Shown here in pieces: positions 52,100 through 64,000 of a stretch of DNA of 64,000 nt (position 1 is the first letter of the stretch; each line of letters opens with the position of its first letter). The DNA comes from Octopus vulgaris (taxonomy: Eukaryota): positions 88,226,001-88,290,000 of the forward strand of contig OX597817.1 in the NCBI GenBank assembly GCA_951406725.2, in the 5' to 3' direction. Both the position numbers and the translations under genes were made by a program. The notes under the pieces are model-generated. The model saw only the letters and a program-made list of their open reading frames with translations, had not been told where the DNA came from and searched no databases.

Positions 52100-52781
52100 C
52101 TTTACTACCCACAAGGGGCTATATATATATATAATATAATATAAAATGTATGCGTTCGTCATTATACTTATTCAAGTGAACTGGTTCTTCTTCTTTTGAA
52201 ACAATTATTTTATACTTAATTGTCAATATAGAATTACCATGATACACGACATTGTAAATAATAGACAGACGGAATTTTGATGCGATGCAATTCCACAATG
52301 TTTTATTCTGACGATAAAGGTCGGGTTTAATATTTAACCAAGTTTTATATAAATTCCTAACATGAATGGACCATGTGTTTGGTCAAAGAAGTATTTGATA
52401 TATAAAACAAATGTATATTATTCTTAGCAGGTTATCTCTGGCTGATGTATACGATATAATAGTTTAAATTTTTCAATTGAGCAACCTTAATAAACTAAAT
52501 TTATATTATTTGTATTTGATTACGCTGTATCTTTTCTCAGTCTATTGTTCCTTTGTATCTAATTTACGAGAAATGCTACCATAAATACCACCTAGCGAAA
52601 TTGTTTAAAACTCCCACCCTTCCTCTCGTATTGTTTTTACTTTCAATCTCAGCTGTAACCTATCTTTGTTTACATTAACTATAAGTGAGCTGCCTTCCTT
52701 GAAATAACTACATTGTTTTTTAATGTTTATGGTTGTTACTTTCTACTTCTTTCTTTGTTTGGGTACCCTTTAGTTTGACGA

Positions 52782-52830
<49 letters not shown>

Positions 52831-53458
52831 ACTTTAATTTGTGGAATATAATATATACGGAATGCAACAGATAATCGAAAACAAAATAGACGGGAAAAAC
52901 AAGAAATAACAAAAAAGCTGTACCGTCGGTTTTAACTAGATACATTAAAAAAAAACGGTACTATTAAACAAAACTTTCTCCAGTCCCGATGTGGTCACAA
53001 AAGTGAATTCATACCAGCATCATATTGCCTCTGTTCATGTCACCCGCAACGGCAGACCCCCAACAAGTCTTTGGTTTTGGAGGAGGTGGGGAACACATTA
53101 ATTCTCCATTCCCCGACGATGACCCATGTCTAGGGTCAACGCAATTCAACTCGTCTTAATCAAGAGCTAAATGGTTGTATGGTCTTGGTGCTTACGTGCT
53201 CACAGTTCCTCCGGATCGTGCAGGAGATGAACTATCCTCTCCTAATCAGGTAGTATGTGTGTGGTCCTCGTGCACCACGCACACACACTTTCTAATGGCC
53301 TTCGCCATCTTCAACAGCTCGGCAATATCTCTCGAACGTCCAGATTTGTCATCGATTAATGCCTTGGGCTTGTTGAACTAACTTCCGACCAGTTGACGGT
53401 TGACTATGAAAACATTTCTTTGGTAAATTTTATACTCGTCTCACCTGCAAGAAGGTGC

Positions 53459-54012
53459 TTAAAGGGTTGAATTCTGGTTTAAGCACCTTTCATAACCTTT
53501 TTCTTTATTTTAGGAGGTTTTCATAAAACATTTGTGTGCTACACCCGAGGATTCATATGATTATGAAAAAAAAAAAAATTTTTATCCTCTTAAAACATTC
53601 TACCCGGCGCCATAAATCCTAAAATGCCTATTCTTTTTCGGATTTTAGAAAAAAAAAACCAATCTAAAACACGGACAGTTCAAATTTTTTGCTTAAATCC
53701 TATCCGTGAATCACCCTTGGATGCATCATTATTCCATTAAATGCGTTTACGGGGAGAAAAATATTGAAAAACATCAATGAATGTCTAAGTGGTTAAGAAG
53801 CGAGGACGGTATCAGGTGGTCGTGGGATGTGTTAAAAACAGCAGCTTAAATCTTCGTCAAATCACTCACACTAAATAGATTTTTTTCTGTCATAATCGTA
53901 TGAACTTCCGTGTGTAGAACACAAATTCGCAAAAATTTTCTGAAAATTGCAAAAAGTTAAAAAAGTTATGAGAGGCTGTATGGGGTGCTTAAATAAGAAT
54001 TCCGCCACTTAA
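53459..54012. mobile_element. Decayed non-autonomous DNA transposon with TTAA-flanked ends
   Basis: Imperfect TIRs GAATTCT..TTTAAGCACC..TCATAAC / GTTATGA..GGTGCTTAAA..AGAATTC. Confidence 0.45.
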
Positions 54013-54854
54013 AGACCGAATGCTTTCCGACGGTTTTGGTAGTCAGTTTTGTTCAGGACACAAAAATAAATAAACCGTAGCAGAGACTTAAATTTCACCT
54101 TCAAAGTGAGACTAGTTTAATACTTGGATATTCGTGATAAAAAAGAGAAACACGAAAATATCAATATGCGATAACTTCTCTGCCACAGACCTCTTGTTCT
54201 TTCTCGGTCCCCGAACATAAAAGACCCGGCCACTTTTGAGAAGCTGCAACCTCCGAATCAGGCAGCACAGTGTACTTCTACGATCCCTGTGTCAGATTGG
54301 ATCCTGCTTTTATTATGCTGTCGGTACAACTGAAAGAGAAATGAGAAAAGATTTGGCACATGTCACAAAACGTTGCGCGAGGTCGCAAATACTGGGTACA
54401 CTCTTTATATTTTGTGGAATACTTGTGTGTGTGTAATAAAGAAGACGGTAAAAGTGATAACGATACCTATTATATTTGCGTAAAGTTAAATATTTTACGG
54501 TCCTATTTTTAAAGCTAAATAAGAGGCTGACCTCTTTAGAGGTGCTAAAGTTTTTAATAAAGCAAAGATAAGCAACCTCTGAATGATCTCTTAAACGTAT
54601 TAAGGTAAAAATAAAATGATTGCAATGAATTATACTGGTAAATCCATATGGTCCGACTCGCTGCACATCCACAAATACATAATAATGGAGGAAATTTCAT
54701 TTTTTTTTTCTTGTAACTTTTAGACATTCATTATTCTTTGACCAAGTAACTGGTCGACATTTACAGGAAATAGAAAATTCCAGAGTTTTAACCCCCGAAG
54801 ACGGAATCGACTTTTACATTAGGTTGACGACTTTTTATTCGCATATAAACATTC

Positions 54855-54900
<46 letters not shown>

Positions 54901-55151
54901 GTATATAGTGTATGCGGAATATATTTGTATGAAAATACACTTGCAGAATATAATTTACAAGTGTGTGCGCGCGTGTGCTTATGTGTATATAATTTGTTTA
55001 TATAATGTGTTTTATTAGCTTTGTCTTCTTGCGCTACTCAATGCACCGTGTGTATCAAATGTGCGTATACACACACGCACAGATACACACGAGATTCCTG
55101 TTTGGCTTACGTTTACATCAGTTCTAAAACAATAGTTTTCTTATGTCTTCT

Positions 55152-55358
55152 TCTTTTACCTCTCTTTTGAGATCGTGATTGCACAAATATTGGTGGATAA
55201 ACTATTACCAGACTGAAATGTGGGTGTCATTAGAACTAACTGAAAGCCCTTTAAGGCTATGTCCCAATATAACTGTGGTCCACTAGCTGCACCAAATAAA
55301 CAAAGTAAAATAGCTGGATATATTGATTTAGTTACTAAACTCATACGAACCTCATCAG
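55152..55358 (+). repeat. ~205-bp direct repeat, copy 1 (copy 2 at ~56557-56763)
   Basis: High identity by eye, from CTCTCTTTTGAGATCGTG to CATACGAACCTCATCA. Confidence 0.85.
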
Positions 55359-55759
55359 GCAAGCCTGACTAGCTCTAATTATTGTATTCATTGGGGTTGT
55401 GGCCATTGTCTATGCGTTTGTGTATATGTATTGTGTATGCATATGTGTATATATACACTGTGACCCTGGGTGAACCGATGCCTTTAGAGTGAATTTGGTA
55501 AACAGGAACTGTACGAAGAGCATCATGCGTGTGTGTAGGTGTATCTGTTTGTTTTAATCTTGTATGCTGTCCGCTAAAAAATTACCGAGCCACAAGCGAT
55601 GAAATTTGTCATTACCTTTTCAACAAATTACCTGCTGGCTATGCAATTTCGAAGTCGTGTAGAATAAGAGGCCCCTTTTCTGAAAAAGACACAAAGGCTA
55701 GCAACAGGAATGGCATCTAGGTGTAAAGCAATGCTTCTTTAGTATATATTCGTCGAACT

Positions 55760-56055
55760 CAGTGGTTCTCAACCATTTTTCATCTCTTGACCCCTTTGGT
55801 TACTATTCTATAATTAAAAACTAGTTTTATAGACTTTTGTCTTTCAAAATTCCTATTTTGTTTTTCACACATTAACTTGTGTAGGTTGAACTATGAAAAA
55901 CAACAGAGAAAGAAATCTAACTGATTCTTGCAATAAATACGTTTAATGTAAATTTTTTTCTGGAAGCTGTAATATTACTACTCTGGATCTCCAAGTTACT
56001 GTTTAGCTTGCGTGAACCCACCAAATCTTATATCGACTCTGGTTGAGAACCACTG
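55760..56055. mobile_element. hAT (Charlie-like) MITE
   Basis: TIR CAGTGGTTCTCAACC / GGTTGAGAACCACTG; 8-bp flanks GTCGAACT / GTTTAACT (6/8 match). Confidence 0.85.
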
Positions 56056-56099
56056 GTTTAACTCATGCTAGCATGAATGTTTATGCATTTATAAACCTA

Positions 56100-56473
56100 C
56101 TAGCAGTATCGCCCGGCGTTGCTCAGGTTTGTAAGGGAAATAACTATAAAGCATTTTTAGAGAGTTATAGCAAAAAAATGGGGAAAAAATGATGGTAAAT
56201 TTTTTTTTGAGAGTTAAAAAAGGTGGAGTTGCGTCCCCTAGACGGTCTGTGGTTTGGGTTTCTGATTCTCGACCCCATGTCGAATTTATCGATTTTTTTC
56301 AGAACTGGGGGAACTTTTCAAAATTTTCGCTGCGTTAGTTTTGAATTATGACATTGGGCTATGTGTGTGTCAAGTTTCATCAGAATCGGTTGAAAGCCGT
56401 GGTCAGAGTGAGGGTACGAGAAAACAGACACACAGAAAACGCACAGACAAACTGCCGTTTATATAGAGAGAGA
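56100..56473 (-). mobile_element. Non-autonomous Helitron
   Basis: 3' ~110 bp (hairpin plus CTAG) shared with 10150-10785; 5' TC start; different interior. Confidence 0.8.
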
Positions 56474-57061
56474 TATGTATATACACACGTTTATACATAA
56501 ACGCGTGTATATACATATCTCTCTCTATATAAACGTGTGTGTGTGTCTATATATCATCTTTTATCTCTCTTTTGAGATCGTGGTTGCACAAATATTGATG
56601 GATAAACTATTACCAGACTGAAATGTGGGGGGTCATTATAACTAACTGAAAGCCCTTGAAGGCTATGTCCCAGTATAACTGTAGTCCACTAGATGCAACA
56701 AGTAAACAAAGTAAAATAGCTGGATATATTGATTTAGTTACTAAACTCATACGAACCTCATCAAACATTTTGAGCGGGGAAACGAATTTAGGACGTTTCA
56801 TCATATACTTATTGAAAGATATGTTAAAATGGTTTTGTAAAGAAATTGTATGATTATGTACAGGTAAACTGAATTCTGTGACAGCATAAATGGAATAGAG
56901 TATGAAACCATAAATTTATCATACATAAACTACGTTATACGAGTAACATATTTCAACTTCTTTCAGATTAACTATATAGTTAGTTGTTTATATTTTTGTC
57001 AAAAAATTTATGATAGACAATGTAAAACTTGTATTTTTGGCCATGATATTTTGTTGTCGTA

Positions 57062-57275
57062 AGGTGGCCAACTAGCAGAACCGTTAGCTCGCCAGTCAAA
57101 ATGCTTAACTGCATTTCGTGTCTTTACGTTCTGAGTTCAAATTCTGCCGAGGTCGACTTTGCCTTTCATCCTTTCGGGGTTGATGAAATAAGTACCAGTC
57201 AAGAACTGTTGGTCGATGTAATCGACTAGTCACCCCTCTCCTCAAAAACTACTGGCCTTGTGCCAAAATTTGATA
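57062..57275 (+). mobile_element. SINE family A
   Basis: Family match including GAGTTCAAATTCTGCCGAGGTCGACTTTGCC. Confidence 0.85.
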
Positions 57276-57424
57276 ACACACCTTGCTTATGGTCTTGTTA
57301 TCCATTCATTAAAAATGGGTGACAAGCGAATGAAATTTTAATATGCTCTTCATCTTTCTAGGAGGATATTATAAGTTAGATCATTAAAAAATGTTTCTTA
57401 AACAACACAGTCATCAAATAATGT

Positions 57425-57785
57425 AAGACAGGTGTGGCTTTGTTGTAAGAACCTTGCTTCCCAATCACATGGTTCCGGGTTTAGTCCCACAGAGAGGTAC
57501 CTTGAGCAAGTATCTTCTAGACCCTCAGTCGGACCAAAGCCTTGTGAGTGGATTGAGTAGACAGAAACTGAAAGAAGCCCATTATATATATCCCTCCTAA
57601 GCTATTAGCGTGGTTCTGGGTGTATGTGTATATCTTTGTATTTGTGTTCGTGTCCTACCACTGCTTGACAACGGATGTTGATGTGTGTACATCCCTGTAA
57701 CTTAGCAGTTTTGCCAGAAGGGTCCGATAGAATAGTAACAGGCTTGCAAAAGAAAAAAATACTGGGGTCAGTTCATTCGACTGTG
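57425..57785 (+). mobile_element. SINE family B, diverged
   Basis: Head, core and body match. Confidence 0.75.
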
Positions 57786-58368
57786 TGTGTGTGCACATAT
57801 ATGCATGTATAATATATAATATGTATAAACATACTGTTCCCCTTCAACCCTTACTCATTGTTCAGACTATTGTCTCCTCCTCCTATACCATCTCTAACCC
57901 TCACACGTCCCATACACTCTTGCCACCTCTAGCCTCCCTTTCTGTTCCCAAGGCCCATCCTGACATCTCAGTAACACCATCTTTATCTCTCTTTCCAGTT
58001 CCACACTAATTACTGTGATTCTTGTATAATACAAGAAACCTGTTGTATCCCATTCTTTCATATTGTAACTGCTCATCATCTTCCATAAAGCATCCACCCT
58101 CTCTACTGAGCATTACCCACTTCCATTCCAGTTGAAAGGGATCATTATCTTGTGAGTTATATGGAATCCCACTTGTACTACTGCCACAAAATAAAGAGAA
58201 AAAAAAACAAAGCTCCCAGTACAATCTGTAGGGCATCAAGCTATAGAACCCATGCTAAAGCTGACACTGCAACACAACACAGTTCTCTGTCTGATCTTGT
58301 TAGACCATCCAATCATGCCAGTAGAGAAGTTGGTCATTAAAAATGATTTTATATATATATATATATAT

Positions 58369-59541
58369 ATAGTGTTGGCAAGAAAGTAATTTCATTTTTC
58401 GCAAATAGTGTTAAGATTTTTTTGAATGACTTTTGTCAATGTTATAATTTTTTTCCATTTCACATTTGATAGCCATTACTTTTAACTTACTTTAGAAGCA
58501 AATTGCACATAATTTTGTTTACAGCTGTTAGTTCATTGTGAATTTTAACATGGAGTGCAAAAACGAATATTTTCACCATATTTTGCTTTTTTATTTCCAT
58601 CAAGAAAGCTGCTGAGGCTCACAAAGAGATATGTGAAGTTTATGGTGCTGATTGCTTAACAGAATGCACATATCAGAAATGGTTCAAAAAATTCTCTTCT
58701 GGAGATTTTTCACTCAAAGATGACCAACGTTCTGGTCAACCTACTGAAGTTGATCATGACCGAATCAAAGCCATAATTGAATCTGATTGTCATATGACTT
58801 TGTGAGAGATTGCAGAGAGGTTAAATGTATCACACATAATTGAAAATCTCTTAAAATGTCTTGGACTCGTTAAGAAGCTCGATTTTTGGGTTCCACATAA
58901 ATTGAAAGAAATTCACTTGAATGTAACGAATCAATATTTGCGATATGCATCTCAAACACAATGAAATTGACATCTTTTATAATGGATCATCACTGGTGAT
59001 TAAAAATGAATTGTCTACAATAACATTTATCGAAAACGATCATGGTCCAAGCCTAATGAACTGACACAATGCTGAATTGCATTAAAAAAAAAAAAGGTCA
59101 TACTGTCAATTTGGTAGGATTACAAAGGTGTTGTGTATTTTGAGCTGCTTCCATCAATTCAGATGTCTACTGTCAGCAACTAATGAAACTGGGGGAAGCA
59201 ATCAAAGAAAAATTATTGGAGCTTGGTTGGGAGGTGATTTCTTATCCACCATATAGCCCTGACCTTGTACCATCAGATTACCATTTATTTTGAAGTTTGA
59301 AAAATTCTTTGAATGGTAAAACTTTCAGTAATGATTTTGACCCGAAATTGCACTTGCTCCAGTTTTTGACTGACAAAAACCAGACTTTCTATGAGTGCAG
59401 AATCATGAAGTTGCCAGAAAGGTAGCAAAAGGTCATTGAACAAAATGGAAAATATATAATTGATTGAAGTTCATTCTTTGTGTGAAAAAAATGACTTATT
59501 TCACACTAAAAAACCGAAATTACTTTCTTGCCAACGCAATA
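58369..59541 (+). mobile_element. Mariner element with both TIRs and decayed transposase (ATG 58550 to ~59466)
   Basis: TIR GTTGGCAAGAAAGTAATTTC / GAAATTACTTTCTTGCCAAC; WVPHKL, IITGD, PPYSPDLVPSDY. Confidence 0.92.
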
Positions 59542-60828
59542 TATGGTGGTGGGGATATGTATAAACATATGTGTACATATAATTTCTCTTGCACACACAC
59601 AGAATGTGAAGTAGGTAAAGCTATAAATAATAATGTGTAAATATTGACTTAAAATCCTCTAGGATAAGAGAAAAGTTATAAAAAATACTTTTTTATCTTT
59701 TAGTTGTTTCAGTCATTAGACTGCGGCCATGCTGAGGCATCACCTTGAAGAATTTTTAGTTGAATGTATCAACCCCAGTACTTATTATTTTAAAGTCTTG
59801 TACGTATTATATCAATCTCTTTCACTAAACCACTACCAGCACCAGTAGTCAGGCAGTGGTGAGGGAACAAGCACAGACACAAAGGCACACACTTGTGTGT
59901 GTGTGTATATATATGTATGTATATATATATATATATATATATATTGTGAACTCTTCCATCGAAGACATTGTATGCACCTTCAGCTTTTGCCAAATGACCT
60001 GTACAAATGATTTGTTTATAGTGATCAGATGTTTGTGCCTCCCATTAGCTCACCCTCTCTGTCAAATCGATGTCTGAACCAAGATGTCGAAGTGATCACA
60101 GCAATGTGAGATGAAGGGTTTTGCTCAAGAACACAACACACTATCTGGTCTATGAATTGAAATCACGATTGCTAAATTGTGAGTGCAACACCCTGACCAT
60201 TAGATCATGTGCCCTCACTTTTATTTATATGTATATGTGTATATACACACACACACACACACTTCATTCAGTTTACATCTACACAATCTGCTCACAAGGC
60301 TTGGTTAGCCCTGTGCTTTAGTAGAAGACATTTGCCAAGATGCTACACAGTGGAACTAAACCTGGAACCATGTGGTTGTGAAGCAAGCTTCTTATGTATA
60401 AATATATATGTCTTGCCATGTCAAGCACACTCCTATCTCTTCTACACTTCCTTGTTTTTCCTCATCTCTGCAACACATTCTCTTTCAAGGTGGGCCTTCT
60501 CCAGCAACTACAGCTCATATTTCGCATGTTCCACCCATTTTAATACTGATTCATTCATTCATTTTTATATCCATTTTTTTTTTCTATGCTAGCATGTGTT
60601 AAATAAATATATTATTGAGGCATTGTTTTATAATAGGATGCCCTTTCTGTTGCTATCTAACACTTATTTTATGAGTAAAGGATTTCTTTCTTATTTACAT
60701 ATGTCTTCAAATGGCCAAAGCAAATAACAATAGTGTCGCTGCTTTTAGCTTGTGATATTTGGAGAACATTTAAATACATGCACATGTGTGTGTATATATA
60801 TATACAGATACACACACACACACACACA

Positions 60829-60998
60829 CAGGGCTGGCTCAAGGTACCAGCAACTTGGACAGTCGCCCAGAGCACACAACATGTGCTACAGGGCGCGAAG
60901 GAGGGTATGGCAAAGACAAGGAAATTTCCATAACTGTCAGCTTGTACATGCTGAAGTTCAGTTTGCCCAGGGCACCAGCAACCCTTGGGCTGACCCTG
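60829..60998. mobile_element. Small hAT-like MITE
   Basis: Imperfect TIR CAGGGCTGGCTCAAGG / CCTTGGGCTGACCCTG. Confidence 0.55.
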
Positions 60999-61519
60999 TA
61001 TGTGTGTGTGTGTGTGTGTATATATATAAGTATATATGTATGTATGGTATGTATGTACACACACACATGCACACACATATGACAGGATTTTTTCAGTTAG
61101 CATCTACCAAACTCATTTGTAAGGCTTTGGTCAGCCTGGTGCTATAATAGAAGGCACTTGCCCAAGGTGCCATGCAGTGGAACTGAACCTGAAACCTTGT
61201 TGGGAAGCAAACTTCTTAACCACATAATCATACCTACTTCCTGAAGTAATAACTGCTTCTAGTGTAGGTGCAAGGTTAGCAATTTTGAGGGGTGATGTTA
61301 GTTGATTCCATCAACCTCAGTATCTGACTGGTACTTTATTTTATCCACCTTGATGAGATGAAAAGCAAAGTGGACACTTGCATGATTTGAACCCAGGTCA
61401 TAAAGAGCCAGAATATATACCAAACTGCATTTTTCTGACAAACAGTTCTGCCAAGCAATAATTGAACTACAACTTCATCTTTTCATTGCTTCTATAAACT
61501 TAAATGGTAAACCTAAATA

Positions 61520-61735
61520 TTGGTTTCAAATTTTGGCACAAGGCCAACATTTTCAGGGAAAGTGATAAGTCAATTACATCGATCCTAGTGCTCAACTGGT
61601 ACTTATTTTTTCAACCCTGATAGGATGAAAGGCAAAGTTGACCTCAGCAGAATTTGAACTCAGAACATAAGGACAGACAAAATGTTGCTAAGCATTTTGC
61701 TTTGCATGCTAATGATTCTGCCAGCTTGCCAGCTA
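61520..61735 (-). mobile_element. SINE family A
   Basis: Reverse-complement family match; an older copy lies at ~61255-61455. Confidence 0.8.
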
Positions 61736-62279
61736 GAAATAAATTTAAATATTACCCATAAGAAATGTTCTTCATCCTTAACATCTTGGTTCCATTTTGT
61801 CTGTCTTCTGTTGCTTTTGTAAGTATTCAGCAATCAGATCCACTTACAAATATGCTTTCTCTTGTAGTTCTAAAGAATTCTATTTTCAGGACATAAGATA
61901 GATTTTGACTATCTTGTTCATTGTTGACCATGTCAATTCAGTTCTTACTTTACTCTCTTTGAGCTTTCTGTCATCCCAGATATTCAAAGTCATTTACACA
62001 TTTCAATTTACATCCTTTGATGACATATTCTTTTGCTTGACTGGAAATCATAAACTCAGTCTTATTGTCATTGATGTGTACTCCTGTCTATTCTGAAGCT
62101 CCCTAAATTTGTATTAGTTGAGATTTCTTGATAGTATTAAAGCTAAAAGCTATACCATTTGTATAATCTGTATCAATAATAATAATAATAATTACGGAAA
62201 ATATGTGGTTGGGGGGGGATGTTGTTTGGAAACCTGTTTCTTTTGCATTTGATGTTACAATTCACAATGAGAACCCCAA

Positions 62280-62700
62280 TGCTACAACGAACAGAGAAGG
62301 TGCAAGTGTTATCTTGTAGTACTCCTGCCAGGATCTCAAAGAAATCGTACCACCATCAGAGGATAAAGCCTGATTGATAGCATCTTTACAGAGAATGTTG
62401 ATTGTATCTGAAAGTGCCTGGGATACCATATACCCTGAAGATCTGCATCTGTCTGACTGTGGATTGAGTTAAAAGCTTCACTAAACTCTACAAGTGATAT
62501 AACAGATTTTGGGTTCTAATCCTTGATGCCTTCAATAAGATTTTGTAATGCAAGAATTTGTGATAATGTTGATCTTCCTGGAGAATAACCATTTTTGGTT
62601 GAGTCTTAGAACTAGTTATGTTTGGAGGCATATGCTTTGAAAGCAACATTTTGTTATAGATTTAAGCTGCAATAACCAATAAACAAATGCCTCTGTTTTG
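62280..62700 (-). mobile_element. RTE/RTE-X LINE RT fragment, decayed
   Basis: RGICLLVIAA*IYNKML..GYSPGRSTLSQILALQNLIEG..EAFNSIH..YGIP. Confidence 0.7.
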
Positions 62701-62904
62701 TTTAGCATATCTAAGGCTTGCTGTTTTTTTTTCTTTTTTTAGATTAATACTAGACCATTTTTTAAGTCAAATTGTTTCACTCAAATATTACTTCAAGTAA
62801 TGGCTTCAAGAGGGCTTCTGTAGTTCTTAGGTAAAGTCATTTGTATCAACAGAGTTTCTTTTGCAACACACACACACACACATGTGTGTGTGTGTATGTA
62901 TGTA

Positions 62905-62946
<42 letters not shown>

Positions 62947-63300
62947 GGCACAGACATGGCTGGGTGGTAAGAAGCTTGATTCTCAACTACATGGTTCTTG
63001 GTTCAGTCCCACTGCTTGGCTCTTTGGGCAAGTGTCTTCTATATCCTTGTGAATAGATTTGATAGCCGGAAACTGAAAGAAGCCTGTTGTGTGTGTGTGT
63101 TTGTCTACCACTGCTGCTTGACAACCAGTTTTGGTGTGTTTACATCCCCGTAACTTAGCAGCTCAGCAAAAGAGACTGGTGGAATAAGTACCAAGCTTAA
63201 AAAATAAGTATTGTGGTCTATTCATTCAACTAAAACTTGTTCAAGGAGGTATCCCACTATGGTCACAGTCTAATGACTGAAACCAGTAGAAGATAAAGAT
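62947..63300 (+). mobile_element. SINE family B
   Basis: Head GGTTCAGTCCCACTGC, TTGGGCAAGTG core, GACTGAAAC tail. Confidence 0.85.
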
Positions 63301-64000
63301 AATATATGTATATATTATAAAAAAATGCTTGTTTCTAAATATCATTTAAACATAGTTATATTTAGTTTGTAGTATTCATTTTTATCAAACATTGAATATA
63401 CTTTATATTAAAAACCTGCAATTGCTATAATAACAAAGTACACACAGAGACAAGTAAACACAATGTAGCTATCATAAATATATACTACTGCATATTCAAT
63501 GCACTGAAGCTGCTTGCTAGATCATAGATCTATAATTGTGATCTATAAATATACACTTGAGGTTAACATGTTATACCAGGGCATTTCTTTTCTGTTTGTC
63601 TCTTAATGTTGACAAACATTGTTCCTGCTCTGATTGTACTGAACAATTGAGTATTCATTTGGAAATCTTATTTATTTTCCTGTTTTTTTTTTATATTGTC
63701 TAATTCCTTGCTGCTGTTACTTGACTCCAGGTCAGGCCTATTTGATCAGATCTATGATCAAAAGCATTGCAACCATGACCATCCCATTTTTTCCTTAGAC
63801 ACAGTTGTGATTTTAGAGAGATTTGGTTGCTAGCTTTAGCAATTCAAAGGAGTACCAGCTAGGTACCCTATTACCCTATTGCCAGACTGTCATGCCAACA
63901 TTAGATATCCTTATTTCTAGAAATAAGTCATAGAAACCATGGAAATCTAGAGCAAATGCCTTACAGCATTTGATTTCTATGTTCTTTGCTCAAACCCTGC

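Overview
AT-rich, repeat-saturated animal genomic DNA, most likely an octopus (inferred from its tRNA-derived SINE families and very dense (TA)n/(CA)n/(TACA)n microsatellites). Most ORF-track entries are microsatellite artefacts. The only recognisable host coding sequence is the first coding exon of a MYLIP/IDOL-like FERM E3 ligase (51842-51934, +), which is absent from the ORF track. The rest is transposons: a ~4.8 kb near-perfect palindromic Penelope-like element (PLE; RT plus GIY-YIG), a Poseidon-type PLE fragment, a decayed full-length L1/Tx1 LINE and fragments, CR1-group and RTE LINEs, Tc1/mariner/Tigger, hAT-like MITEs, non-autonomous Helitrons, a probable solo LTR and many SINEs. The most notable signal is a set of PLE-type hammerhead ribozyme (HHR) motifs, concentrated at 19-28 kb. 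Several lie in short non-coding fold-back elements inserted in (TA)n that share the coding PLE's architecture (3' ends outward, one arm longer). All calls were made by eye; no searches or folding programs were run.
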